From contig CAZEHJ010000004.1 of NCBI GenBank assembly GCA_964512485.1, positions 3,400-67,399 of the forward strand: a stretch of DNA of 64,000 nucleotides, in the 5' to 3' direction. A program made the translations under genes and the position numbers. This stretch comes from an uncultured Rhodothermales bacterium. GTDB lineage: Bacteria > Bacteroidota > Rhodothermia > Rhodothermales > UBA10348. The notes beneath the pieces were generated by a model. The model searched no databases, was not told the DNA's origin, and worked only from the letters and a program-made list of their open reading frames with translations. Of this stretch, positions 28,787-38,900 are shown piece after piece (position 1 is the stretch's first letter; the number at the start of each line of letters is the position of its first letter).

Positions 28787-30412
28787 ATGTGTGATCACAA
28801 TCACAGTTCTCCTATCAAGGGAGAGCGACTCGAAGACGGCAAACACCACGCCACTCATCACCGACAGTGGTCCCGTCGCCAATTCATGGCAGGGTTGGGA
28901 ATGTCCGCGACTGGTGTCGCGATGACACTGGGAGGAGTTCCTATCAAATCTTACGGGGCATCCCCTCTACTGTCGAAGCTGCGCAATAATCAGAGTGACC
29001 GGATTCTTGTCCTGGTTCAGCTTTCGGGCGGCAATGATGGACTCAATACTGTGGTTCCCTACACAAATGATGTGTACTACCAGTTGAGGCCCAACATTGA
29101 CATCGCGGCAAATTCGGTCCTACCGCTTACCGCTGATCTTGGGCTGCATCCTCTTCTGGCCCCGTTTGAAAGCATGTATCACGATGGCACCCTTGAGATC
29201 GTTCAGGGTGTTGGATACGAGAATCCCGTTCTGTCACACTTCTCGTCTACGGACGTGTGGGCGACTGCCTCCGACCCATCGGATATCGGATTATCAGGCT
29301 GGCTGGGCAGGTATCTTGAAGACACCAATCCAGAGCATTTCGAGAATCCAGCAAATTACCCATTGGCCATCCAACTGGGAAATGGATCTCCGCTGGTATC
29401 TCAGGGGTCTGTAACCGGTATGGGAGTGACGTTCCCGGATCTGGACCTCCTCCGGCGCTTTTTCGAGACTGGCAGCCTGTACGATGAACAATTTGCTCCT
29501 GCTACTCCCTACGGAGGCGAGCTCTCCTACGTGCGGTCCATCGCAAACAACGCTGTTCGATACGCTGATACCATAACAGTGGCGGCTGACACCGGCATTA
29601 ACCTGGCTGAATATCCATCAACCAATGGGCTGTCAGGAAATCTGGCGACAACAGCACAGTTAATTCGTGGAGGGCTTTCCACGAGTATCTATCACCTGAA
29701 CCTGGCTGGTTTTGACACACATTCTGGTCAGTCCGGAAGACACGCCACGTTGATGGAAACTTTGTCTCTCGCGCTGTCATCGTTCATGCAGGACCTTCAG
29801 GCCGATGGACTCGACGAAAGGGTTCTGGTCATGACTTTCTCCGAGTTCGGACGAAGGATTTATCAGAATGGCTCCGCCGGAACAGATCATGGTACAGCGG
29901 CACCCCTGTTTATTCTTGGCGGAGGCGTTAATGGTGGAATTATAGGGGACCACCCGAGCTTGACGGATCTCGACCGGGGTGGCAATATGATAAATGGAAT
30001 CGATTTTCGATCGGTCTACGGCACCGTCTTGACCGATTGGTTCGGACTCCCCAATAACGATGTGACCGAATTATTGGGCCAGGACTACGGTCAGATTCCG
30101 ATCATCGATTCCATGTTCTCGACGAGCACGGATCAGACAACGTTGCCGCAGTCAATTTCGCTTCTCAGCAACTATCCGAATCCGTTCAGCGGACAGACGC
30201 TCCTAACCTTCGACATGGATCGCGCGGATCACGTATCGTTGTCTGTGTTCGACATGGCTGGGCGGCGAGTGGCGTCACTGACCGACCAGACGCTTCCTCC
30301 GGGATCACATGAACTGAGTTTCGAGGCCAGAGGACTACCAGCGGGTGTGTACCTGGCACGGCTTCAGACGTCTTCGGGAACGCTTACGAGAAAGCTCGTC
30401 GTCGTTCGATAA
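28787..30412 (+). CDS. DUF1501 family protein with Tat-like motif and T9SS C-terminal domain
   Basis: Start MCDHNH at 28787 after AGGAGA; SRRQFM motif; LVQLSGGNDGLNT, GFDTH, FSEFGRR, GTDHG, DFRSVY; C-terminal NYPNPF..G.Y..RL CTD. Confidence 0.92.
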   Translation: MCDHNHSSPIKGERLEDGKHHATHHRQWSRRQFMAGLGMSATGVAMTLGGVPIKSYGASPLLSKLRNNQSDRILVLVQLSGGNDGLNTVVPYTNDVYYQLRPNIDIAANSVLPLTADLGLHPLLAPFESMYHDGTLEIVQGVGYENPVLSHFSSTDVWATASDPSDIGLSGWLGRYLEDTNPEHFENPANYPLAIQLGNGSPLVSQGSVTGMGVTFPDLDLLRRFFETGSLYDEQFAPATPYGGELSYVRSIANNAVRYADTITVAADTGINLAEYPSTNGLSGNLATTAQLIRGGLSTSIYHLNLAGFDTHSGQSGRHATLMETLSLALSSFMQDLQADGLDERVLVMTFSEFGRRIYQNGSAGTDHGTAAPLFILGGGVNGGIIGDHPSLTDLDRGGNMINGIDFRSVYGTVLTDWFGLPNNDVTELLGQDYGQIPIIDSMFSTSTDQTTLPQSISLLSNYPNPFSGQTLLTFDMDRADHVSLSVFDMAGRRVASLTDQTLPPGSHELSFEARGLPAGVYLARLQTSSGTLTRKLVVVR

Positions 30413-30419
30413 CTGTTTG

Positions 30420-32453
30420 TTAGAGAGCCTGTGCGCCGAACTCACGTTGAATGGTCTTCTCCGCGAGCGTCTCATTGCTCACATCCGTGCTTTTTCTCGT
30501 GACACCCGGAAACTGATCGATCAGATCTGTCCTGACCTTTTTACCTGTACCGGCGGAGGTCGGAGACGACTCATGAATATAAAAGTCACTGTTCGGCAGA
30601 GACCCGTTGTAGACCCGGGCCTGCGCGGAGGCTTCAGCCATGGAATCATCTGAGGAGTTCCTCAGCTCTCTGAACAGGTCATTCGAGCGTTTTTCGAACA
30701 GGTCAAAACCGTGTACGAAAAATGCCATATCCCGCTCAAGTGATTCATCAACGGCGCTAATCTGAGAGTCGATGCGGGAAAGCATGCAGCTCAGAGCGAA
30801 AATAAATGTCGCCGTGTCGCCGAGCCGAGCTTGAACCACCTGCTTCACAACTATCTGCTCCTTGTGCCACTTTGATGCCATTTTGAACTTGTGGGCATGG
30901 GTTTGCACGAGCTTTTCCAGTCTTTGAGCGTAAGGTTTCAATTGCGCATTGACAACTGATACGGATGGCGCTGCCGGGATATAACCGAGAAACAATTCGG
31001 ACGCCAGTGGCACTGCTCGGACCATGACTTTTGGACTGAAGGCATTTTTCAGAAACTTGCCAATGTTGGCTGCGAACGAATCATCTGAGTCCCAGGTCAG
31101 GGCCTGTTGGATCATGATCATCTGTTCCGCCAGCTGTTTTCCTCCATAACCAAAGATGAAAGGCTGCATGACTTCATTGGAGCCTTCCACAATCCTGTGG
31201 ATTCGGTTGTCGCGCCAGAGGCGTTCCAGTTCGTTCTCCGTCATGTAGCCTTCGCCACCCATGATCTCCAGAGCATCGTCTATGGCTTCCCAGCCAATCT
31301 GCGAACAGAACACCTTCGTCATGGCCGTTTCAACCATAATGTCCGTATCTCCTCGATCCAGCATACCCGTCATCATGTACAGAATGGAGTCCATGGCATA
31401 AGCATGGGTGTACATCCGAGCGATTCGCTGCTGGACCAGTTCAAACTCTGCAAGAGGCCGCTCAAACTGGTGTCTGGTTTCAACCCACTTCGTCGCCTGA
31501 TCCGCGGCCCGCTTTGTCGCACCCGTGATTCCGGCCGACAACGTGCATCGACCATAATTCAGACAGGTCAACGCGACGTGAAGCCCGCGACCTTCTTTGT
31601 GCAACAGGTTTTCGACGGGGATTTTCACATCCGTGAATCGAATCCGCGCCTGCCAAGTGCCCCGTATTCCCGTTTTTGAGCGATTGGATTCGAAAATGTC
31701 AATCCCATCCATATCCGGCGTGCAAATGAGCGCGGTCACTTTGTCCCTCTTCTCGCCGGTTCGGGCGTCAGCAAGACTCTGATTCGCCATCACCGTATAC
31801 ATTCCGCTCAATGCCCCGGACGTGCTCCACTTCTTTTCTCCATTGAGAAGGTAGTATTTGCCATCAGCCGACAGCTCACATCTCGTCTCCTGCCCTGCTG
31901 CATCGGATCCCACTTGTGGCTCCGACAGGCAGAACGCGGAAAGGTACTCTCTCGCAACGCCGGGAAGATATTTTTGCTTCTGCTCTTCGTTTCCAAACAA
32001 CATGATGGCCTTGCAGCCGATCGACTGGTGCGCTGAAACCATGACCGAGGAAGAACCGCAATGCGCTCCTATCACTTCCAGCACACGATTGTAGCTCGTA
32101 ATTCCAAGACCCAGACCACCGTATTCTTCGGGCACGGTCATGCCCATCACTCCCAACTCAAAAAGTCTTCGGATAGCCCATTCTGGAATTTCCTGATTTT
32201 TATCTATTTCGATCGTGGGATGTTCATTCTTCAGATAGGCTTCCAACTTCACGAGGAGCGCGTCACATTTTCCTTGCTCTTCTGCAGACACCTTCGGATA
32301 ATCTGATATCAGATCGTTTCTGAATCGACCCCAGAACAGGTTTTTGGCGAACCCCATTTCACCGGGTTCGGGCCCCATCATCACTTCGATGTCGCGGATC
32401 ATTTTCTGATCCTGTTCAGAAACGTTTTTAAGATTGAGTTTGTCGATTCCCAT
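30420..32453 (-). CDS. Acyl-CoA dehydrogenase (VLCAD/ACAD9-like, long form)
   Basis: AFCLSEPQVGSDA, LNGEKKWST, LNYGR, RHQFERPLAEFELVQ, IMGGEGY, RIVEGSNE. Confidence 0.93.
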   Translation of the reverse strand: MGIDKLNLKNVSEQDQKMIRDIEVMMGPEPGEMGFAKNLFWGRFRNDLISDYPKVSAEEQGKCDALLVKLEAYLKNEHPTIEIDKNQEIPEWAIRRLFELGVMGMTVPEEYGGLGLGITSYNRVLEVIGAHCGSSSVMVSAHQSIGCKAIMLFGNEEQKQKYLPGVAREYLSAFCLSEPQVGSDAAGQETRCELSADGKYYLLNGEKKWSTSGALSGMYTVMANQSLADARTGEKRDKVTALICTPDMDGIDIFESNRSKTGIRGTWQARIRFTDVKIPVENLLHKEGRGLHVALTCLNYGRCTLSAGITGATKRAADQATKWVETRHQFERPLAEFELVQQRIARMYTHAYAMDSILYMMTGMLDRGDTDIMVETAMTKVFCSQIGWEAIDDALEIMGGEGYMTENELERLWRDNRIHRIVEGSNEVMQPFIFGYGGKQLAEQMIMIQQALTWDSDDSFAANIGKFLKNAFSPKVMVRAVPLASELFLGYIPAAPSVSVVNAQLKPYAQRLEKLVQTHAHKFKMASKWHKEQIVVKQVVQARLGDTATFIFALSCMLSRIDSQISAVDESLERDMAFFVHGFDLFEKRSNDLFRELRNSSDDSMAEASAQARVYNGSLPNSDFYIHESSPTSAGTGKKVRTDLIDQFPGVTRKSTDVSNETLAEKTIQREFGAQAL

Positions 32454-32664
32454 TTCAGATTATTCAGGTCCGTTTGCTTGTTCTCCCTCGTGCGCTTTTC
32501 GCTCGATTTCAGGCGTTTATCGCTGTTTTCACCCGTCGGTTCCGCATCCCGTGGTGGCTTGTACGTCGTCAGGTGAACAGTGTTAACCTCAAACGTGTGA
32601 GTACCGTTCCTTATGGGTATATTCAGCGGCTTTTCAGACTAAAAACGAACCCCATCAATTTACT

Positions 32665-33477
32665 GTGAATGTGACTTTTTCTCATCGTCTGTCTGAATTG
32701 AGGAGCAGAAAACAGTCCGTGCTCTGTGTTGGTCTCGACCCAGACCCTGCACGTATTCCGATTTCTTTGCTCAGTGGCAATACACCTGAGCAAGCAACTT
32801 CGATATTCTGTCGTGACATCATAGGAGCGACGGCATCCTCCGCCGTTGCTTTCAAAATCAATTTTGCATTCTTCGAGGCTCTCGGTGACTCCTGTTTCAG
32901 CGTCATGCGAGACGTCCTTGCCGTCATCCCCGATGATGTGCTCACGATTGCCGACGCCAAGCGCGGTGATATAGGAAATTCAGCATCCTTCTATGCCCGC
33001 TCAGTGTTCGATGACCTCGGATACGACTCGGTGACGGTAAGTCCGTACATGGGCCGCGATTCAGTTGATCCATTTCTGGGGAAGCCGGGGACCTGCGCCT
33101 TCGTCCTCGCCAGGACCTCAAATCCAGGCGGAAATGATCTACAACTGCTTCCAGTTGAAGGCGAGTTGTTGTACGAGTACACCGCCAGAAAAGCCGTTCA
33201 CTGGGCCGAAGGACTCCCCGGAGAAACCGGTTTAGTTGTCGGAGCAACGGACACTGTCTCTTTGTCCCGACTGAGGAATCAATTTCCGGATACGCCATTC
33301 CTTGTTCCAGGAGTAGGCGCCCAGGGTGGAAGCGGCAAGGATGTGATGGACGCCTCCGGGGACGGCCCCCTCCTCGTCAACAGCAGTCGAGCCATTCTAT
33401 ACGCCTCCTCAGACGAAGACTATGCGACGGCCGCCGCACGCAAAGCTGATGAAACCAGAATCTCACTCGGATCATGA
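32665..33477 (+). CDS. pyrF: Orotidine-5'-phosphate decarboxylase (type 2)
   Basis: CVGLDPD, DAKRGDIGNS, RTSNPG, LVVGAT, LVPGVGAQGG, NSSRAI. Confidence 0.97.
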   Translation: MNVTFSHRLSELRSRKQSVLCVGLDPDPARIPISLLSGNTPEQATSIFCRDIIGATASSAVAFKINFAFFEALGDSCFSVMRDVLAVIPDDVLTIADAKRGDIGNSASFYARSVFDDLGYDSVTVSPYMGRDSVDPFLGKPGTCAFVLARTSNPGGNDLQLLPVEGELLYEYTARKAVHWAEGLPGETGLVVGATDTVSLSRLRNQFPDTPFLVPGVGAQGGSGKDVMDASGDGPLLVNSSRAILYASSDEDYATAAARKADETRISLGS

Positions 33478-33770
33478 TCGAACGAATCGTCAGGCTCACC
33501 TTCATTCCAGAAAAGCAAGATGATTTCCTGGATCTGTTCTGGTCATCGTGTGACGCCATCAGAGCGATGGAAGGGTGCCTGGAGCTGCGACTTTTACGCG
33601 ACATCAAGTACCCGAACCAGTTTACAACCCATAGCAGGTGGGAAAGCGAAGCCTCTCTGCAGGCATATCGCAACTCAGAATTGTTCAGAGAGACCTGGGC
33701 AAAAACAAAGGTGATGTTCGCCGCCCGACCAGAGGCCTGGAGCTACGAGCATGTCACCGAGACAGATTGA
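33474..33770 (+). CDS. Antibiotic biosynthesis monooxygenase (putative quinol monooxygenase) family protein
   Basis: IVRLTF..GC..LRL.RD..FTTHSRWESEASL.AYR.SELF...W..TK..F..RPEAWS. Confidence 0.85.
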   Translation: MIERIVRLTFIPEKQDDFLDLFWSSCDAIRAMEGCLELRLLRDIKYPNQFTTHSRWESEASLQAYRNSELFRETWAKTKVMFAARPEAWSYEHVTETD

Positions 33771-35745
33771 CTCCGAAGCGAAAAGACCTGCCCGCTGACG
33801 GAAGTCCCAGTTGAGGCAAATGCAGATCGTCAAATACATTGTCTACGCCGGCGAACATCTCTGAAAACAGCCCCGACCTTGAGAAATATTTTCGGCTGGA
33901 CAAGCGGAAATTCACAAGCGTTGAAGCCGGAAGTTGAACCTGTTTGTTGTCCACGGCCAGCCCATAGGCGGTACCGGTGTAGACGAGTGTGGAGTTGACC
34001 ACGAGTCCTTTCAGGCCTGTTAACTGCGCCGAAATCGTTGCCAACACCTCTGGTTTCTCCATGAGATGCCTGTTGCCATCATCGGTCAATGCGATCGGAC
34101 GCATCCACGTCAGGTGCCCGTCGATCGTCAATCGGTCCCAGGGCGCCACCCTGGACACAAATTCAAGGCCATACACGCGGCTCCCGTCGAGATTTACCCG
34201 CTTTCGCTTCCTTACTTCACCATCAAAGACGTTGATCTGATCAATGGTGTCAATCGTGCGCTGCAGAAACGCTACGGTTTCAAAGGAGATGTTTTCGGAG
34301 AAATACTCAACTCCTGTTTCAGCCATCCAGGTGCGTTCGGGCTTAAGTTCTGGGTTGGGAATGAATCGATTGAGGGCCGTTCCAAACAACTCACGCATCG
34401 TCGGAAATCTCGGCTTGCTTCCCGCATTCATTTTGACGGCCAGGCCTTCACTGATCACTCTGACATATTCCGCATTTAAACTGGCTGCCCGGAACGGATC
34501 AGATGAGGGCTTGTCGCCTGTCAATGGCGTGGACATACCGTCCAGCGTGGCACCGGCCGCCCAATGACCCTCGTCCGATGAGGCGGAGGTCAATTCCAGC
34601 CCGATGGAATACAACACGTTTCGAAAAGCCTGAGGTGCCGAGGCTTCACCGGGAGCCATGAGCCGGTCGATATCAGACTGCTCGTGTTTCGACGTTGTCA
34701 CAAATGTAATACCTCTAAGAACCACTGGGCCAGCCGTTCGCTCTCCTATCAGTCGGACTCCTCCGCTGATATCCAGATCTTCCTGTGTTTCAAGAACAGA
34801 TTGATAGTGCTCATCTCCGTACTGATCGATTTCTTGCTGGAATCGCGACAGCCACACGGTTGAAAGTATGTTGTTCCTGCCTCTATGAGAGGATCCATTG
34901 AGAATGGCCATGGTGTTGCGCCACAACGGATATCTCCAGTACCTCACGTTGTCTATCAGAGGATTCAGATGCCCTTCTGGAGCAACGCCCTTGTTTGCAG
35001 AAGCATGGAGAAACGTGAAACCCCACGAAGCATTTGTCATCTCCCGATCCAGACGCAAATAGACATTCCCCTCTGATCTGTCGGTATTGAGTCTTCTGGT
35101 TGAACTGTTCTCGTACGGTAATTCTGCCTCTGAGGGAAGCACCATGCCGCCGGTCGATGCCAGAGTTGAACCTATGAGTATTGTGCTTTTTTCGGATCGA
35201 CTGGCAAACAGGGCCCGAGTCTGCCAGCTGTCGCCGCTACCTGCCTGCCCATTCAACTCGGAAAGCGTGCCTTGGGCCTCGAAATTTCGGGTCTGCAGAT
35301 TTACTGCCCCTCCTGAAACGTTGGTCCCGTATCCGGCGCTGACAGCTCCCCTCTCGACTGAAACGCCTCCGATGATGTTTGCCGGTACAAGGCTGAGATC
35401 AATTCGGTTGTCCCACGGGATGTTCAGAGGGGCGCCGTCCAAAAACAGAGCAACCTGCCTCTCGCCCGCCGCTCTGATGTAGACGAGTGTTTCTCCGCGT
35501 GAATTCGTTTGTACCGAAGCAGAAGGAAGAAGGCGCAACGTGCTCGCCACGTCCGGACTGTCCTGAATGGCCAACGCTGATAGACCGACCCGATGCAGAC
35601 GTTGGATGCGTTCAGCTCCCCTGGTTTCTCCCCCAATTACGATTTCTGACAGATTGTACGTCCTCAACGAATCCTGGTCCTCCTGGGCCAAGGATTCTGT
35701 CGCAGTAAGACACACGAGAAGGCAGATGACAGAAACTCTATTCAA
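33754..35745 (-). CDS. TonB-dependent receptor
   Basis: TTG start, signal peptide, TonB-box-like LSEIVIG, plug (YIRAAGERQVALFLDGAP, RGAVSAGYG..GGAVNL), NPELKPE, NVFD..GR.FRFGV. Confidence 0.9.
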   Translation of the reverse strand: MNRVSVICLLVCLTATESLAQEDQDSLRTYNLSEIVIGGETRGAERIQRLHRVGLSALAIQDSPDVASTLRLLPSASVQTNSRGETLVYIRAAGERQVALFLDGAPLNIPWDNRIDLSLVPANIIGGVSVERGAVSAGYGTNVSGGAVNLQTRNFEAQGTLSELNGQAGSGDSWQTRALFASRSEKSTILIGSTLASTGGMVLPSEAELPYENSSTRRLNTDRSEGNVYLRLDREMTNASWGFTFLHASANKGVAPEGHLNPLIDNVRYWRYPLWRNTMAILNGSSHRGRNNILSTVWLSRFQQEIDQYGDEHYQSVLETQEDLDISGGVRLIGERTAGPVVLRGITFVTTSKHEQSDIDRLMAPGEASAPQAFRNVLYSIGLELTSASSDEGHWAAGATLDGMSTPLTGDKPSSDPFRAASLNAEYVRVISEGLAVKMNAGSKPRFPTMRELFGTALNRFIPNPELKPERTWMAETGVEYFSENISFETVAFLQRTIDTIDQINVFDGEVRKRKRVNLDGSRVYGLEFVSRVAPWDRLTIDGHLTWMRPIALTDDGNRHLMEKPEVLATISAQLTGLKGLVVNSTLVYTGTAYGLAVDNKQVQLPASTLVNFRLSSRKYFSRSGLFSEMFAGVDNVFDDLHLPQLGLPSAGRSFRFGVNLSR

Positions 35746-35782
35746 TCTCTAATCCGTCAGCACAGTTCTGGAACGTGAAAAT

Positions 35783-35810
35783 GCGGCGGCCCTGAACTCA
35801 GGGCCGCCGC
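35783..35810 (-). terminator. Terminator-like hairpin in the 5' leader of the TonB-dependent receptor gene
   Basis: Perfect GCGGCGGCCCTGA/TCAGGGCCGCCGC inverted repeat followed by ATTTTC on the minus strand, 38 nt before the start codon; lies between divergent genes. Confidence 0.55.
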
Positions 35811-35944
35811 TCCGACATTACTCTACGTAATCGACACGGGTTCCGCAGGAGATCCTGTCTACCGGATTTTGGGGCAAAACTCGCGCAGACTGAAACCCGA
35901 CGACGTCACCTGCGGTAGACCGCTATCCACACCAACGAGCGAGC

Positions 35945-38900
35945 ATGAGTTCTTCCACACAACAACTGGTCATCCTCCTTCGGCAGAAGCTTATCGCCGC
36001 CAGAAACAAGCTTCTGCGCGTTGACCTCGTAGCGGGTTTAATGCTCTGCGTTGGAACCGTTCTCGGCATCTGGTTTCTGTTCGTATCACTGGAGTATTTC
36101 TTTTGGTTTTCCCCGCTCGTCAAATGGATTGGTATCGCTACTCTGAGCCTGGTATTGGCCTATTTGCTGCTGAGATTTGTTGTGCGTCCGTACCTCATGC
36201 ATCTCAACATTCTGAGTGGTCGTGATGAAACCACTGTCGCCCGAGAAATCGGGAGAGCGTATCCACAGGTAGGAGATCGTCTTCTTAATCTGATGCAGTT
36301 GGCTGACGGCCATCACAGCTTCAGTCCTGAGCCTTTTGTTGACCACGCTGTACAGCGACTGGGTGAGCCTATGCGCGAGATGTCGTTTTCCGATATCACA
36401 TCCTGGGACGGCCCGAAACGTATTTCCCAGCTGGTCGCCCTCCCGGTGGTATTGTTGGTCGCCTTCGTCATAGCAGCACCGGGACCGTTCTTTTCGGCGT
36501 CGGGTCGCATCGTCAGCCCTTCAACCGTTTTTGAGCGCCCGGCCCCTTATTCAATTGCCGTAAACCCCGGCAACGCTGAGCTGATTATCGGCGAAGACCT
36601 TGAAGTGGGCGTTTCCATCACAGGTGACGCCCCCGCCGAACCGCCTGTCCTCGAAACGATTCTCGCCGGAGAACTTCGATCCAGATTTGTCAATCTGGCT
36701 CCGGATTCAGCCTCGGGTCTGGTTCATCGCTACGAAAACGTCAGGCAGGCCTTCCGGTATCGGGTCGCCAGTGAGAGCCTCAACTCGGAATGGTTTGAGG
36801 TCGTGCTCGTCGAACGTCCTCTGGTTCAGCAACTGAACCTGAGACTTGCGTTTCCCGCCTACACAAGAATCCCGGCACAATCTCTCGATTCCAATGTCGG
36901 CGATGTGGCTGTCCTCACTGGAACGCGCGTTTCAGTAAACGTGGCCGTGTCTGGCACACAAGCCTCTCTTGCGTGGATGCAATTCGAATCCGGACGAAGG
37001 GTAGATCTTGAGGTAGATGGCACTATTGCGAGTGCAATCTTCGAGGTCCGCAGCGACGATGTCTATCGGATCATGCTCGAAAGCCCTGAAGGAATACAGA
37101 ATCTGTCACCGATAAACTATAGTGTCGAGAGCCTGCCGGATACGCACCCATCTGCCACGCTTCTCGCTCCTGAATCCCTGGTCGATCTGAACGAGAATTT
37201 GCAGGTTTCGATGTTGACGCACATCACCGACGATTTCGGATTTGATCGCCTCATCTTGAATTACCGACTCTCGGAAAGCCGATTCGGGCAGATTTCGGAG
37301 ACCTTTACCGAACATCCAATAGCGCTTGCTAGCCCGTTCCAGCTTGATCAGGACGTGCCATTTGATTGGGCCGTATCCGCCTCAACTGATCTTGATCCCG
37401 TTCCGGGCGATATCATCGACTATTACGTGGAGGTATGGGACAACGACGCAGTGTCCGGTCGCAAGTCTGCTCAGACGCGTATTTACCAGTTGAGAATGCC
37501 ATCGCTGGCTGAGCAGTACGAGTCCTTGGATTCCAAGGAAGATGACACGCAGAAGTCGCTCGAAGACCTTTTGGATGAGGCGGAACGGGCAAGAGAACAG
37601 TTCGATGAGTTAAAAGAAGAGCTCCTCGAAAATCCGGAAGCTGATTTTCACGAAGAACGACTTCTCGAGCAGTTGCAGGAGCAGCAGGATAATCTGGAAA
37701 ATTCGGTTGACACTATCGCCGACCAGATGCAGGAAATTGCGGATCAGATGGAGAACAATGATCTGGTCTCGGAAGAAACGCTCAGCGCGTTCGAAGAACT
37801 TCAGGAAGTTGTCGATGAAGTCCGCACGCCTGAGTTGATGGATGCCCTTGAGCAATTACAGAACGCGCTGGAGAACATGGATCTGAATGAAATGCAGGAC
37901 GCGCTCGAAAAATTCGAGTTTTCAGAAGACATGTATCAGGAGCGACTCGACCGCACACTCGATCTGTTCAAGAAATTCAGGGTGGATCAGGATCTCGAAG
38001 AGATTGAAAATCGCGCTGAAGATCTCGCTGAGACGGAAGACAAGCTGGCTGAAGAAACGGCCAAGTTGGAAAACGAGCAGCGGGAAGAAGCTGATGGCGA
38101 TAATGAGCAGCCAGGCGAACGAAACGAAGAACTCGCCCAGCAACAGGAGATGGCCGCCGAGGACATGAAGGCACTGGAAGAGAAAATGGAAGAAGTGCGC
38201 GAGCGCATGGAAGAACTCGACAACATGCCATCCGAGCAGATGCAGGACCTGATGGAGGACACGCAGGACCAGGAAATGGCCGAGCAAATGCAGCAGAATG
38301 CAGAGGAGTTGCGCGAAAACTCCCTTCAGGAAGCCGGACAGCAGCAGCAGGAAATGTCCCAGCAGCTCAATCAGCTTTCTTCACAGATGAACGAGATGCA
38401 GATGGGAATGCAGGGTGCCCAGATGCAACTCAATATTGCGGCCATCAGAGCAGCGCTGGAGGATATTCTGACGTTGTCCGACCAGCAGGAGACTCTGAGA
38501 CGGGATGTGCTTTCCCTCGCCTCCGACTCCCCCCTACTCCGCACATCAGCGCAGCGACAAGTTGATCTGACTGAAGGCCTTTCGGTCCTTTCTGATACGC
38601 TCCAGTCGATCGCCCGGGAAATCCCACAGATGACCAGGGACGTTCAGCAGCGAGCTGGAGATTCGATGCGCGAAATGGGAGATGCAACCGCCGCCCTGAC
38701 CGAACGCGCAGCAAGGCGTGCCGCGGGTCACCAGCGCGGTGCCATGACCAACTTGAATGAATTGGCGCTCATGCTTTCAGAACTTCTGGACCAGCAAATG
38801 AACGGCTCAGGCTCAGGCCAGAGCAATCAAAGCATGGAACAGATGATGGAGCAGCTCCAGCAGATGGGTCAGCAGCAGCAGCAGTTAAATCAGCAGGTGC

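Noticed and set aside
35821-35940. Assignment of the TBDR leader to cobalamin, TPP, c-di-GMP-I or ykkC riboswitch classes
   Set aside because: Only fragmentary resemblance (GGGTTCCG, GGGCAAAAC); the defining downstream consensus elements are absent, so it is kept only as an unassigned candidate.
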